The position numbers and the translations under genes were made by a program. A stretch of 64,000 nt of DNA from Botryllus schlosseri (taxonomy: Eukaryota). The first letter of the stretch is position 1. Each line of letters starts with the position of its first letter. The notes below the pieces were generated by a model. That model was not told the DNA's origin, ran no database searches, and saw only the letters and a list, made by a program, of their open reading frames with translations. Positions 12,368 to 25,225 of this stretch are shown piece by piece. The stretch spans positions 3,720,001 to 3,784,000 of the forward strand of contig CM119374.1 in the NCBI GenBank assembly GCA_051294905.1, given 5' to 3'.

Positions 12368-14039
12368 AAATATTCTAGCTGATTGATTACGAGTTGAATT
12401 CAGAGTGTGTGAATATTTCGTGGTGTCCTAATTTCAAATATATATTGCGGAATCAGAGATTACTATACGGACTGTTATATGAACAATATTCTGCAACAAG
12501 TGCGTTATCATGTATGTTTTGTATATTTGTAACCATGCAAGCTATACATCTCCTGTATACAACATTTATACTGTCACAGTTTCAACATATACATTGATAA
12601 CGATAAAATGGTAGCTGCATTATTTTAGCGTATTTATTTCACTATCTTCTATAGCTCTGCCGAAGTGACGCACATATGATCAAAATGTTACTTGCGAGAA
12701 GTCGACCATTTGAGCGCATACTATCGAATACCAGTGCTATCCGTTCACTGTGCAGTATGCGATGATCCCAGCGAATATACAATGTTACTCATTTGATGCA
12801 TATCATTGCATTCTATGATGCTTTACAGCAGGGTACGGGAACCTATGGGTCGCTATTTTGATGGCATTATATGGCCCCGGAATCGGGGAAATCTGATACC
12901 ATCAAGTTACGAAGTTTGTAACATCGTCAAGATAAAGTTGCTGTAACTGATCCGTCGTACCCGCCATCGTACCATACACATTGGAAATATTGGATTACAC
13001 GATGCGTTGATTTATCACAGAAAAAGGACACGTCAACAGCTATATCAAGATGCAGCTTTCAAACCCACATTATTTTTCTGATCATCAGTAAAAAATAAAC
13101 TTCCTTCGAAGTGACATTACCAATAACAAATTTATTATATTGACATAACCATCGCGAATCCCTATAGTAGCAGATTTGACTGAATGTGGCTGTAGCCATG
13201 GCTCAAATGAACGCATTGAACCGTGCATGACTACCCGCAGACCAGTTGATGTAGGCCTAAGGCAAGGGCGAGCAACTTCTCTAGTCGGCGGTCCGGACAT
13301 AGGAATATTAAGTACTAGGCGGACCTGATTGCTGAATCGATACATTATTCGCATATTTCGATACATTACTATTCCCCATGACTGTTTGATACTTTGTTGC
13401 GTCCATGGTTCTATCAAGTCGGTGCATTTCGAATCACAAGCCCTTCTTTGATTACGTTTTACCCAACTCAATTCGCGACATTCATTTCCACTTTACCACC
13501 CTGACTGCCCGATTTCCGGTAACTCTATTTCAAGTCATCAAATGAACGGTGCCAATTGAATCATTGTATCTTGTTTATGTTCGGATTGTTCGCGACACGC
13601 CGGTGCGACTTGTGAAAGCAACCAGTGTTTCACGGATGGTACGTTTCACTGATCATCCATTGACACATCACAAATAAGGTGACCGCAAACAAAATAATCA
13701 CAGCAAGCGTTAATGTACTAGCAGTAGATTAATCTAATACCAATGTATGATTTAAATCAGCGGCTCTAAACCTTTTTGAACATGCTTCCTCCTTAGCGAT
13801 GGTCAAAAAAATTGCACCCCTTGACCTCCCCATGCACTTATCTCATGCCAAGAAGAGTACATCACCTAATAGTATACATACGGTATATCTTACACCAAGT
13901 TTGAATTCGCATTCTAGTTGTTGAGTCATGCCAACTTTCACCATTCTGACAAATTACCCCCAAACGTGTTTGAATATAACGAAAAAAACATTGAAAAGAA
14001 CATCAATTTGTTTCGCGGTATGATGCATTGAGAATACTC

Positions 14040-15483
14040 CTAATACGACGGGTGTGACTGTATTTTGATACTAAATGCTTAACTCTAGGATAAGTAGCAG
14101 AAAATACATATTTCATATCAGATTCACAGTCGAGGTTGTTTCCTGATTTTGTCGTTATATTAACAGGAGTAGAAAAAAACATTTTCACGCAGGTAAGTGG
14201 ATGAAAATGGGAGATGTATGCGGATAGCCACACCACCCACACTCTTGTGAATGTTGATATAATTCTGCCAGAACTCGCTAAGTGGTAGTGCTTCAAATTC
14301 GTCTCTTGCCGTAGAATTGCGAGATACAAGATACAAAAACTCCTCTTGTAAATAGTCCGGACGAATATCCTCGTTCGGGCGAAAGGGATTCCTTGTCATC
14401 TTCCTTTCCGGAACATCGGTGTCATTCGAGTCTGGAAAATAGCGTTCTAATTCTTGTTTTAGAAGTTGAAGGTGACATTTCACCTCGGCTTTGAGCTCGC
14501 CCTTCATTTCATTTTTTTGTCGATGATAGCATCAAGGTTTTAAAATGAAGCCGCATTTCCTTTTTGAATTCGACGATGCTACAGCCCCAATTTTTTGGAT
14601 CGTGGATCGCATCATGGTATCCTTTGCGATTCGTATTCTTCCCTTGTAGGATCAGATTTAAATGATTAATGGCTTGAAAATGTGGGACTTCTTTGCTTTA
14701 TCCTGGCAATGAATCTACTTTGTGATCCAATCATTGCTGGAGCACCGTCAGTTCAGATCCCAACAAGTTTCTGCCATTTCATATCATTGTTATCAAAAAA
14801 TGTGGCGATAAGTTCGAATATATCTTCTGATTTAGTAGTCGTTTCTAAGGGTTTGCCGAATAACATGTCTTCTTCAATTGAGGTATAGGTAGACCCAACA
14901 AAGCGAGCATAGACCATCAACCGCGACAATTGCTGGCCATCATCAGTCGTTTCATCACACTGAATGGCAGAATAAGGTGATGCGTGAATCTTATCTATGA
15001 CACTCAATATCCTCTACGAACTCATCGATGCGTATTTTAATGGTAGGATTAGAAAGAGAAATCGTTGCAAGCTTTTTACTGCTCGCGTTGCCCAACACGG
15101 GCCCAGCTGTTCGTCGCACGCAGGGTTTCACCAACGGTTCGCCAATACTAGGGGTTTCTTCTCCAGGCTAGAGCTATCAAGTAAGCAATTACGAAAGACC
15201 CTTCTAGGAGTTCAGCCGATGGAGATCGGCGAAAGCACTCGCCACTTGCAGCCTTCATTTTCTCAAACGAGGATTTCTTGCTTTGGAAAAAAGAGGCTTC
15301 AATTGATGGACAGAATGTCTTTTTCTTCTCGAAATGACGCTGCAAACGAGTTGGTCTCATCGCGTCTTTCCTCAGATTTTGAAAACATATCATACATTGT
15401 GGAACAACGTCGACCTTTACAATCGTATCTATGAATCCAAATTTCATATAATCGTCGTTATACTGTCTCTTTTTGCTACTCAT
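14040..15483 (-). pseudogene. Decayed hAT transposase of the Buster/Charlie (ZBED5/ZBED8-like) group, internally deleted
   Basis: Fragments MSSKKRQYNDDYMKFGF..PQCMIC..MRPTRLQRH (BED finger), QCDETTD, ICTDGAPAMIG and C-terminal RNPF..LPFSSTYLRE; frameshifts; probable terminus cagcggctctaaacc at 13758. Confidence 0.9.
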
Positions 15484-17467
15484 ACTAGTTCAAGCGAATT
15501 GACGATGTCGATGAAAAATCACGCCAACGCTGCTGCCTACAATAATAATATTACAAAATCAACATGAGCAGAAACCTCGGCGACACTGGTGCAGACAATG
15601 TGGCGTCTGATCCGACAATGTTATTGTGACATCATCGTTCACTATACAACGATACATGATCTTGCGCTTGATGAATGTAAACCACGTAATGCCGTTCATA
15701 AAATTATCCGTTCGCTTGTCTAGCGGAATGTTCTAAAGTACAGAACGTGTAAGTTTGTAACAGTAATCCGATAAATCTTCGGACAGTGCTAGATGGAAAC
15801 AGATAACTTATGCTGATTATGTAAGAAGTATTATTATTCGGAATATTTGTGATCGAACGACTAATTCACAAATTGTTAATAAATTTTGGAGTCAGATGAT
15901 AGGCCTATAAGTTTGAAGATAATAACATGAATATGTGGTGATCGCTGTGTTAATAGTTTGAGATAAATATATACCGGTAGTGACTACAGACAGCACGGCG
16001 TCGTTATGTCTTGCCATGCTAAATTTGACCAGTCTTGGAATTGAATCAAATTGTGTTGATGTAGTGTAGCCTACTTGAGGGTGAAACCGAGTAGCTGATA
16101 TCGTGGGGGTCGGTAACCCCCAGCACGCGTGTTATTTGTGGCGCACGAGATGAATTTTCATGGCACGCCAAATAATTTGACGAACACTACATATTATAAT
16201 GATGTTTGTTGCAAAACATGCAACATAAGATTTCAAAATAGAAGAAGCTAAAATTGTTTGATTAATCAATATAAAACAGTCTTTTTGGGCAGTTTTTAGT
16301 TATCTCGGACATTTTTTCGCGCCCCGCGCGATTTACCATGACCTATAATTTCTTGATTTTGGAAAACCCACAAATATATATGCACAGCAGCCTATAATAT
16401 CGTATGAAGCCGTTTGGATGCTTTGGTCTAGGAGAGTGAACTGTGCCGCCTGTGGGGCCGCGAATATTTTGTATGAACCAGCATTTTGGCGCTGGGCATT
16501 TTCACGCCAGGAGACGCACGTTTCGTACAACATGCGACTGCCTGCGTTGTGTGCGTTGACAAAATGATTGGTGGCAATAAAACATTGAAATATAATAACC
16601 GCCAAATGTTGGCCAAAACGTTCGACATTGATATGTCCACTATCCAGGTGCCGAAATGACCGGCACGAATAGTCCAGCGCCAGCCTCTTGAGCCACACGT
16701 CTAAAATGAGACCCTCAGAGGAAAATAATGAGTCCCGTGTTGAAATGCGAATTTTGAATTGTGTTCATCTCACGAAAGGATATATTGTTTTAGTTATGTC
16801 TGATACGAGTAAGCGATTCTAGCATATTTAGAGCAACGACAACCGTTACCGCTATGCCGCGATCTTTGGAGCTTTGCAGACAAATCTAGTATCAGACGGA
16901 CTTAATAGACACTTACGTGACCTTTGACACGAACCAATCAGGCTGCAGCGGGATGTAAACAAAGAACAAGCCCGGGCAAGCTTACTATGAGCTCTTATGG
17001 GAAAAGGTTGAAAAATGAAGGTTTTAAACAAGATTACGTTGCATTGGGGATGACTGGCTTTAATGAATAGTAATAGCGTAGAACTAGTATGTGGTTGCAG
17101 CTTTTAATCTAGGATGAACATGAATGGTGGCAAGTACGCACCAGCGTGCTGTGTTCAAATGCACGGGTTTTTGACAACTTTTCTGATTAAGCGACGATTG
17201 TTGTATACTATACTATAGGATTGTGGAAATGCATATTTTGACGATTTCATAGGCTCCAGGTCTCGAGCAAAATTTTCAAGCATATCTCATGTTCAGAAAT
17301 ATATATACTATAAAATATAGCTGCTGCCACACATCACAATTTTTGTGTATTGAATATGAAACTTGAAAGCTATGGAGATTCTATCGAATTTATGGATTTG
17401 AGTGGAACAGCATCTTCTTCTAACACCGCGGAGAAAGCTACGAAGTATTTCATGGAGCGCTATGCAC

Positions 17468-18815
17468 CAGTGTTGGGATGACTCGAGTCATGACTTGACT
17501 CGAGTCAGACTCGAGTCAACTTTTTCGTATGACTTGACTTGACTCGAGTCACTTTGCAAAAATGACTTGACTTGACTTGACTCGGTCCTTCAAAAATGTG
17601 GATTGACTCGTGACTCGGAGCAAAATTTACGAGTCAATTTCAAGTCATCATGCAAACGATGTCGACTAAATCAATTTATTTTGTGCATGTTCGGATTATT
17701 CACGATACGCCGTTGTCACTTGTGAGAGCAACCAGTCATTCACTGATTGTATGTTTCACTGATTCTACATTATTACATCACAAATACACTGACCACAAAC
17801 GAAATGAGCACAGCTTGCGTTTTCGTAGTAGCAGATCAATTTAATAGCAATGTATCGCTGTTTATTGGACGGCTTTTTCCTTACATTGCACAACTTTTCC
17901 AACCCTCTTGTATGATTTAAATCGAACAAATATAGTTTATGCGTTTATATTCTCACGGATGTGTATAGATGGCTAGTGTACTATCAATTTCCTTCAACTT
18001 CTCGAGGCTTCGTATTCGATACTCTATTTTGGCTGATAATAAGGGAATGTAGCATGTAGCTCAGAGTTGTCATACTCAACTGACGTCGCGGGCCGGATTC
18101 AAATATTCAGATCACTATCGGGCCGCACCAGTCAAATGATTCCAAAATATTACTAACTCCTAACTCAATATATGCACTTTTTCGCATTCTCTGAATTGGG
18201 TGTCACTGTCAGCGATTTTCTCCTGACGATGACTAGAAATCACAACTCCGCTGTCGGGTGGTTATAATGTGGCCTAAGAACAGACTAGAAATGTGCAATC
18301 TTGAAGTAATATTTATTAGTAGTATTTCATACCACAAATTCGAGAAATGTGTTGGATAAAATCAACCTATACTCAGAATTGCTTCGCGCGGGACCGAATG
18401 AAATTATTTGGCGGGTCGTATGTTTGACACCCCTGATGTAGCTATATACAGTTACTGGCGTATTTTGTTAGCAGTTCTACGCGTGCGTGAGCGATACAAC
18501 GCATTTTTGCATGTATATTTAACTTTATATTCGTTATTTGATTCAAGATATGGACCAATTGATCTCTCTTTTACACAGCTAGTAAAATATAATGAATTTC
18601 AATGATCACTCATACTTCGAAAATCCAATTTGACTTGAATTGTGACTTGACTCGTGACTTGACTTGACTTGACTCGAGTCACCACCAAAAAACGAGTGAC
18701 TTGACTTGACTCGAATCACCTTTGAAAATCGATTGACTTGACTTGACTCGAGTCAAAATGTGCAATGACTCGAGATGACTCGTGACTCGAAGGTAGTGAC
18801 TTGATCCCAACACTG
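17468..18815 (-). mobile_element. hAT-type MITE, CAGTGTTGGGAT family, copy 3
   Basis: 12-bp TIRs; perfect 8-bp TSD ctatgcac. Confidence 0.93.
18062..18435. mobile_element. CAGGGGTGTCAAAC-family MITE nested in copy 3
   Basis: Right TIR gtttgacacccctg, degenerate left TIR; 8-bp TSD atgtagct; absent from copy 2. Confidence 0.85.
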
Positions 18816-19043
18816 CTATGCACACGATTTAGGGATAAAGATTGAGGAGACAATCCACTCTTTTTAGAAGCAATATTCTAGTGAACAGCCAATGTTATGG
18901 CAACTTGCGGAAAAGTGAGATAACACACTCAATGGAAATACACGTTCTCGGAAAATCCATTATTGATTCGTCTTGCACTTGTAAGACAGGGTAAGTAAGG
19001 AAAAAGACATTTTTTCAGAGACTTCTTCAATAGATATTTTAAC

Positions 19044-20626
19044 CAGAGTTGGATCAATTACATTATTTCAGTTCAATTACAATTACAATTACAATTACTT
19101 TCATGCATGTTTCAATTACATTACAATTACAATTACTCCATGCTAAAATATCAAATTACAATTACAATTACAATTACTCCTTGCATGCTTCAATTACATT
19201 ACAATTACAATTACAATTGCTGCTGTTGAACATGTAATTGAATAATCATAAATTCAGCCGTGCTCCTTGACAACCGTAGCGTCGTATTTAACAACAATTC
19301 AAGTCTAGTTCAGATTGTGTAGTAATAAATGCGTTTATGTGCGTACATAGTATGCTATGTAAGATGTCATTGTGACGTAATATAAGCGTGTTTTGTATAC
19401 TCGGTAATTATGGCTCACGTAATTGGAAATGTAAAATGTTATTTACCTAATTTCCTATGGGTTAGGATTAAGGATAGGGTGCAGTATGTCGTTGAAAAAG
19501 TATTATAATATATGCACGTGTTGGATTTGCGTATATAGTATATAATTAAAGAAATAATATTATTTTTATCGAGGGACGTAGGAATTAGGATGAGGAGTAA
19601 AAACAAAACCGTGCTTTGTCAGATAAGACATTATATAATATCCAGTGGTCTGGTTAGTTAGCCAGACGAAGTAACGATGCAGCATCGTGATCTGAAATCG
19701 TATTGTAGATTGCCAACCCACGGATAGATGCGCAAGATGTGATTCACGGATGAATGAACCGACAAACGTACTGCAGAGCCGGCTAAAAGCAGCAAACTCG
19801 GCTAAAAGTAGCAAACTTTGTAGTCCTAGAGCTGGCGATCCATGCGTCCAAATTTGATGCATCTGGTCTTTATCGTAAGCTATTGATGTACTAATTCCGA
19901 AAATACAAAATAAAATCTCGTCAGGGCAATGTAACTGCTCCAAAATAGCCGTTTAGGGCCGACTGTACTGAAAAGTGAGAGCGCTGCAGCAGCATGACCA
20001 CAACAATTACCAATTACGCCCAGCGATTGTTCAAAACAATGCCGATTCCCAGACTTTCACGACTATTTTGGGATGGTACCGTTGCCTGGAAATATACTTT
20101 TATTGCGGAATCAGTGCGACACTAGCTTTCGATTAGGACCATACATATCAAATTTCGACGCTTGGATCGCCAGCTATGGGACTATCAATTCTGCTACTTT
20201 TAGCCGGCTCTGCAGTTCGCTTCTCGGCGTATTCAATGGTGAGTCACGTGTTGCGAATCCATCCGTTGGTTAGTAATCTAAAAATTGTATACAATGGCAG
20301 CCGAGGCCAGCATAGCGGTAAAAATTAAAAAAAACTTCGCCCGCAAGGGCGCAGTCAAGGGCTTCCGCGAATGGATCCACCAAATTCCTTGTCGACATTT
20401 AAAGAGAATGCATTATAAGTCAATTGTTTTATGTTGTGCTTGTCAGGTCTCAATAGCAATTTAATGTAATTGAAATTGTAATTGAGCAAAATTTTTGTCA
20501 AATTACAATTACAATTACAATTACACAAAATAAAAATGCTTCAATTACAATTAAATTACAATTACATTGAAAAATGTAATTAAATACATTCAATTACAAT
20601 TACAAATTACAATTGATCCAACTCTG
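19044..20626. mobile_element. hAT-type non-autonomous element with (AATTAC)n subterminal arrays; contains a nested hairpin element at 19706-20280
   Basis: TIR CAGAGTTGGATCAATT; perfect TSD attttaac; inner inverted arms ~19706-19870 / ~20125-20280. Confidence 0.9.
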
Positions 20627-21099
20627 ATTTTAACCATGATTTATTTTCATATTAGGTTCTGATATATGCTCTCATGCATATGCATTGATTAAGACAATCC
20701 AGCACCTGAAGCTAAAAGGACTACATTGTGATTTGCATCAGCATCAGTGAGCTCCATCGTGATTGACAAGCAATCTCTCCACTGTACTCGCAACCGATCA
20801 ACTCCTGCCACAAGGTAGATTTTGGTGTATCTGGTGTTTTCAGTTTTATAACATTCCATCAAACACAAATGATCCTAGAACATTTTCATCTGGAGCATTG
20901 TTCATTCAACAAATTGGGCATCTGAATGAGCTTCAATAATGCACACCACTGGAATATCTAGACATGCACTGTTGGTACAGACTGACCATGGCACCGCGCA
21001 ATTACGATCCGTAGCATGCTATTAGGCATTACGATATTGACAATGGAACTGAATTTGCACAATTGCCGAATATGTTGCGTCATTCATTTTTAATTTTCA

Positions 21100-22830
21100 A
21101 TGTTGAATTAGAGTATGCAATTAGTCCATATATATTTGGTTAGTTGTGATACACAATGCTGCATAGTATGACACCAGACAAAATTTTATACTCCTTGATT
21201 CTTCCGATCAGCTGTTCAATATGAATACGTTCTCTCGCCATCTTTCTTGTTGTGGAACAGTCTGGCTCAGGCATTTGAAGGAGTGTAAATCACGTGCAGG
21301 AATATTTAAATCTAGATTCAATTTCTTGATTTCAGACTCAATGGTGAATCCCTTTTCTGCCATGATAGCATTGCCTGGCTCACCATAGCTGAACTCCATT
21401 ATTTTCTTACATTTCTTGTCGAATCCACATATTTAACTACTATTTCGATCTTAAATGCTCCCTGTAAATAGTTCCTGCACAAAAGTAAGTGTACCACAAT
21501 CCATCAATCCTTTCAAAGTTGTATGTGATTTATTGACAGTCAATAATCATTGTAGATTTGAGAAATCATGAATGAATGCAAATGGTGCATTTTTAAGAAC
21601 CACTTATCTACATGGCCAAAACGCGATTTAATGAAGCAGTTACATATGGCTGACCCAATAGTTAAATACTATGCTTACAGCAATACTATAAATTTGACGT
21701 CAGTGGGATAAGTCGGGCAATTCAGAAAGAATTTAATGTAGTCTAGCATAAAATTTCTGCTTCTCCGCATCTTTTGACATTATCATGCTCCTCTGAGAAC
21801 TGAACTTCACTAGCAATAATTGTCCGCCAATTTGTAATTTTCCTGGACAAGTTTACTGTTTTGTGCTTCTATACTTCTTCCAGAAATTTGATTTTCTTGC
21901 GTTTTATCCATCGACTTCCTCTTTCTGCAGCTTCATAAAAGATATCCATCAAGCCTGCACAAAATATATAATATGTTTATTTTACAGAGCAATACTGCTG
22001 TGCAGGCACCTATCAAGGCGTACTCGTCGACTCGTACAACGTATCACCGCTACCAATTTCAACTATTCGTCTCATTATTGAATATATTGTTTTCAACAAT
22101 TTCAATACATTACACACCATCAAGCAACAAAACTGGAGTGGAATAAAATGAGACACACACCAAGTCGATTGTGGCATCAAGTGTGACTGCATTTCAGATT
22201 GGACTCATTTTGAAACACAGAATTGTTTCATCTAGATCAGTGGTTCCCAACCTTTTTGACCTATCGCCCCCTTTTCAAGGTCAATACCGATCATCGCCTC
22301 CCAAATTTTGTGTACCGAAAATTGGGCATACAAACCTGTAATCACCGGCGGGTTGACTAAAAAAAGGGTCAAATTTTCGGCTCGATGTCTAATTTGACAC
22401 ACTTTTGTAACTAAATTTCCGTGGGTTGACTAAAAAAAAATAAAAATAAAAAAATGTCAGCCGTTTTGACGCGTCATCGCCCCCCCGAATCGCCCCCTTT
22501 GTCCATTTTCGCCCCCTTCGTCATTTTCGCCCCCCTAGAACGCCAAATCGCCCATGTTGGGAACCACTGATCTAGATTCTAGATTATGTCACGATTCAAT
22601 ATTTTTGGTACAATAATAGATGTCATTTTCTTAATAAAATGAGAATTCAGATGACTACAAGGAAGTCCACATGCCTTTATCCAGATTTTACATTCTTCCA
22701 TGCATGTCATTGGCTCTGGGAAAGGTAAAAGCGCACACCAGGAACGGTCTGGGTAGCCATCTCCATGTTACGCAGGCTATTAGCACAGTATTTATCCTGA
22801 TAGATACAATACACGAACTAGAACAAAAAA
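21100..22830 (-). pseudogene. THAP-domain + DDE_Tnp_4 transposase relic
   Basis: GVRFY..FPEPMTCMEECKIWIKACG (THAP, ~22665-22780); IIDC; TLKGL..FVQELFTGSI; MAEKGF..LNIP; TRKMARERIHIEQLIGRIKEY; many stops and frameshifts. Confidence 0.82.
22238..22569. mobile_element. CAGTGGTTCCCAA-family MITE with ATCGCCCC repeats, inserted in the ISL2EU transposase
   Basis: TIRs; perfect TSD atctagat. Confidence 0.92.
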
Positions 22831-23560
22831 TGACGATTTCAGCCGGGAACAGATCATGTTGCCTAACATATATCATATTAATATGATCATTGAATATGCA
22901 GACAAGTGTCCAGTGTAACAGTAATTTGCTAGATAATGATACAGACTGTAGACTACTATATACAAATGTCGATTCCATAAATAGAACGCATATAACGCCA
23001 CATAATGGATACCACACATATCCTGACTCAATATTCCTCTAATACATTCTATTCGCTACGACAATCCTATAGTATACGACTAAGGATAATACAGCAATAG
23101 TTGCTTCATCCGAAAAGTTGTCAGAAATTCATTCATTTGGACATACCATGCTGATGCGTGCTTGCCATCATTCATGCTTATTGTAGGTTATAACACTGCA
23201 TATACATACTAGCTCTACGTTATTACCATTCACCAAAGCCAGCTATTCCCAATTCAATGTAATTTTGCTAAAAACCTATATTTTTCAACCCTTTTCCATA
23301 AGAGCTCATAGTAAGCTTGCCCGGGCTTGTTCTTTGTTTACATCCTACTGCAACCTGATTGGTTCGTGTCAAAGGTCACGTAAGTGTCTATTGTGACATC
23401 AAACCGACTTGCATTGCATGATACAGGGGTTGGGACATTTTCTATCATCATAACCTCTTTGTTGGACCTGTCCTTTATTGGCTATGGTACCGAACACAGT
23501 AGAATTGGAAACGATCAAGGCAACCACAGAAGATCGATCATTTCGCGACTAAGTTTAAAT

Positions 23561-24755
23561 CAGTGATTCCCAAAGTGGGCCAGCGCATGAAATAGGCGGT
23601 TGCGTGGCGCTGACTATAAAACTGGGTGGTAGGGGGTGCTGAGAACAAATGTGGACGGTGTAGGTATAGAAGGCAAGTGCTGCGTAGTGTTGAAACGATA
23701 TATAAAAAAAGCAGCTAAATACGCAGTAAAATGTAAAATCGACTCAGTCAGGCCGGTTTAGGGTCGTCCGTCTATTTATTCAGCTGTACCGGAGAACTCC
23801 ATTATCACATGACAATGTTGATCCTGTCCATCAATGGACTAATATCGCATTCGGCATAATCCGCAGAAACCGTGATTCATTGTGTGTTGTTAGATCTATG
23901 AAGTATTTGATCTGTAAATACTCATTGCAAGGGGTGATACTGTCTTGTGTAGTTTTGATCTCTGTTTCAAACGAGCGTGGATTTTCCACAGTACGATACA
24001 GGTTCTACTTGATGGGCATATTTTCCAAAATTTACGAGTAAAATATATCCGTTCTTCGAAATGATGAAAATGACATTGTCAGGATTCGGTAATCGGCCCG
24101 TGATATTTCCCATAAATTTTGCGGCGCGTGAACTGTTCAAAGTCTCAAGCTTGCATGATCTACCCGTGCAGCTCGAATACCCGATTTTGATGGAGAAACA
24201 TTAATCAATCATCCCCCAAAAAATGAACGAGGATAGGGTGATTTGATTTCAGGATGCATTCCAATTAGAAATTCCTTACAGGATAATCTATCCATTATTT
24301 AAATTTCCTAGCATGAAATGATTGAGGAGCTGATTATATCGTAGTGCAGAACAATTTTGAGCTCAATCCAAAGTTCAATATTTCCAATCAATCGTTCTGT
24401 ATACACACAATTACATCAAGTAGAAATCCTCTCACACGAGTCGGGTTGACTTTTTCGTCGTTGCCCTTCACCGCTCATATTTGATAGAACGTGTTTTCAT
24501 TTTCGTGACCAAGTTTCTGACTCACGGCAGAAACCGACTTGGCAGTACGGGACGTGCAGACTGAAGATTTAGAATCATATCTTAACCCAATATAAAGAGA
24601 AGGATGATAATATTACACCCGCTTTATACGCCTCATTATTAGCTGTGATAAATGGAAACATTTGTTTTTTGAATTGGGCATGGTCGTGGGCAGAGGGGCG
24701 CGGGCACTATATTCGTGGTCCAGAGGGCGGTATCTGATAAAAATTGGGAACACTG
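23561..24755. mobile_element. CAGTGATTCCCAA-family non-autonomous hAT element
   Basis: TIR cagtgattcccaa / ttgggaacactg; perfect TSD gtttaaat. Confidence 0.85.
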
Positions 24756-25141
24756 GTTTAAATGATTCACTGAAAATGAGGTTGGATAGTTGGATTTTTC
24801 AGTGCCACAACTTGCTGTCGTCGTTTCAAATTACAATTTCGATTGTAATGTATATGACGTCATGAAGGTACTCACTTTCCGGTCATGAAAGTTATATTCT
24901 CTCTGTTGTCACAATATGCGTATATGTTTGAATTCAGAATCGTTATCCGTTACTTTCACTTTCGCACCTGACGAAGGAGCGGAAAAATCTCGTGTGATAA
25001 ATAAAATAATTATGTTGCAAGTGGACGCTAAATAACGTGTGAGAGCAACCAAGATCTAAATATTTTCTATATCGTCTGCTATCGGTTCAAATAAGAAACA
25101 CGCAATATGGCAGAATTGTATAGTATATTCATATTGAAATG

Positions 25142-25178
25142 AACCCGAATCTTTTCGGATGACGTTCGTCAGGGGTAA
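25142..25178 (-). ncRNA. Degenerate hammerhead at the displaced 3' end of the older PLE
   Basis: ttaccc-CTGACGA-acgtcatcc-GAA-AAGATT-C-gggtt; the stem II closing pair is mismatched. Confidence 0.6.
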
Positions 25179-25225
25179 TCGTCAGCAACTAGTAGAGAAT
25201 TGGAAAGAACATTAGATATCAACAA

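Larger units (their letters stand above)
17410..20820 (+). pseudogene. Second ISL2EU ORF relic (SWIM zinc finger), split by an intron and two MITEs
   Basis: KATKYFMERYAHDL across the 17468-18815 MITE; IIDSSCTCKTG|gtaagt (18990) ... ttag|SDICSHAYALI (20656) gives C-x-C...C-x-H; 1-nt frame discrepancy. Confidence 0.6.
16907..23389. mobile_element. Decayed ISL2EU (PIF/Harbinger-related) DNA transposon with two convergent ORF relics
   Basis: Long inverted termini (agacacttacgtgacc... ~150 bp clear, similarity extending to ~250 bp) flanked by AT; THAP + DDE_Tnp_4 relic on -, SWIM-finger relic on +. Confidence 0.78.
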
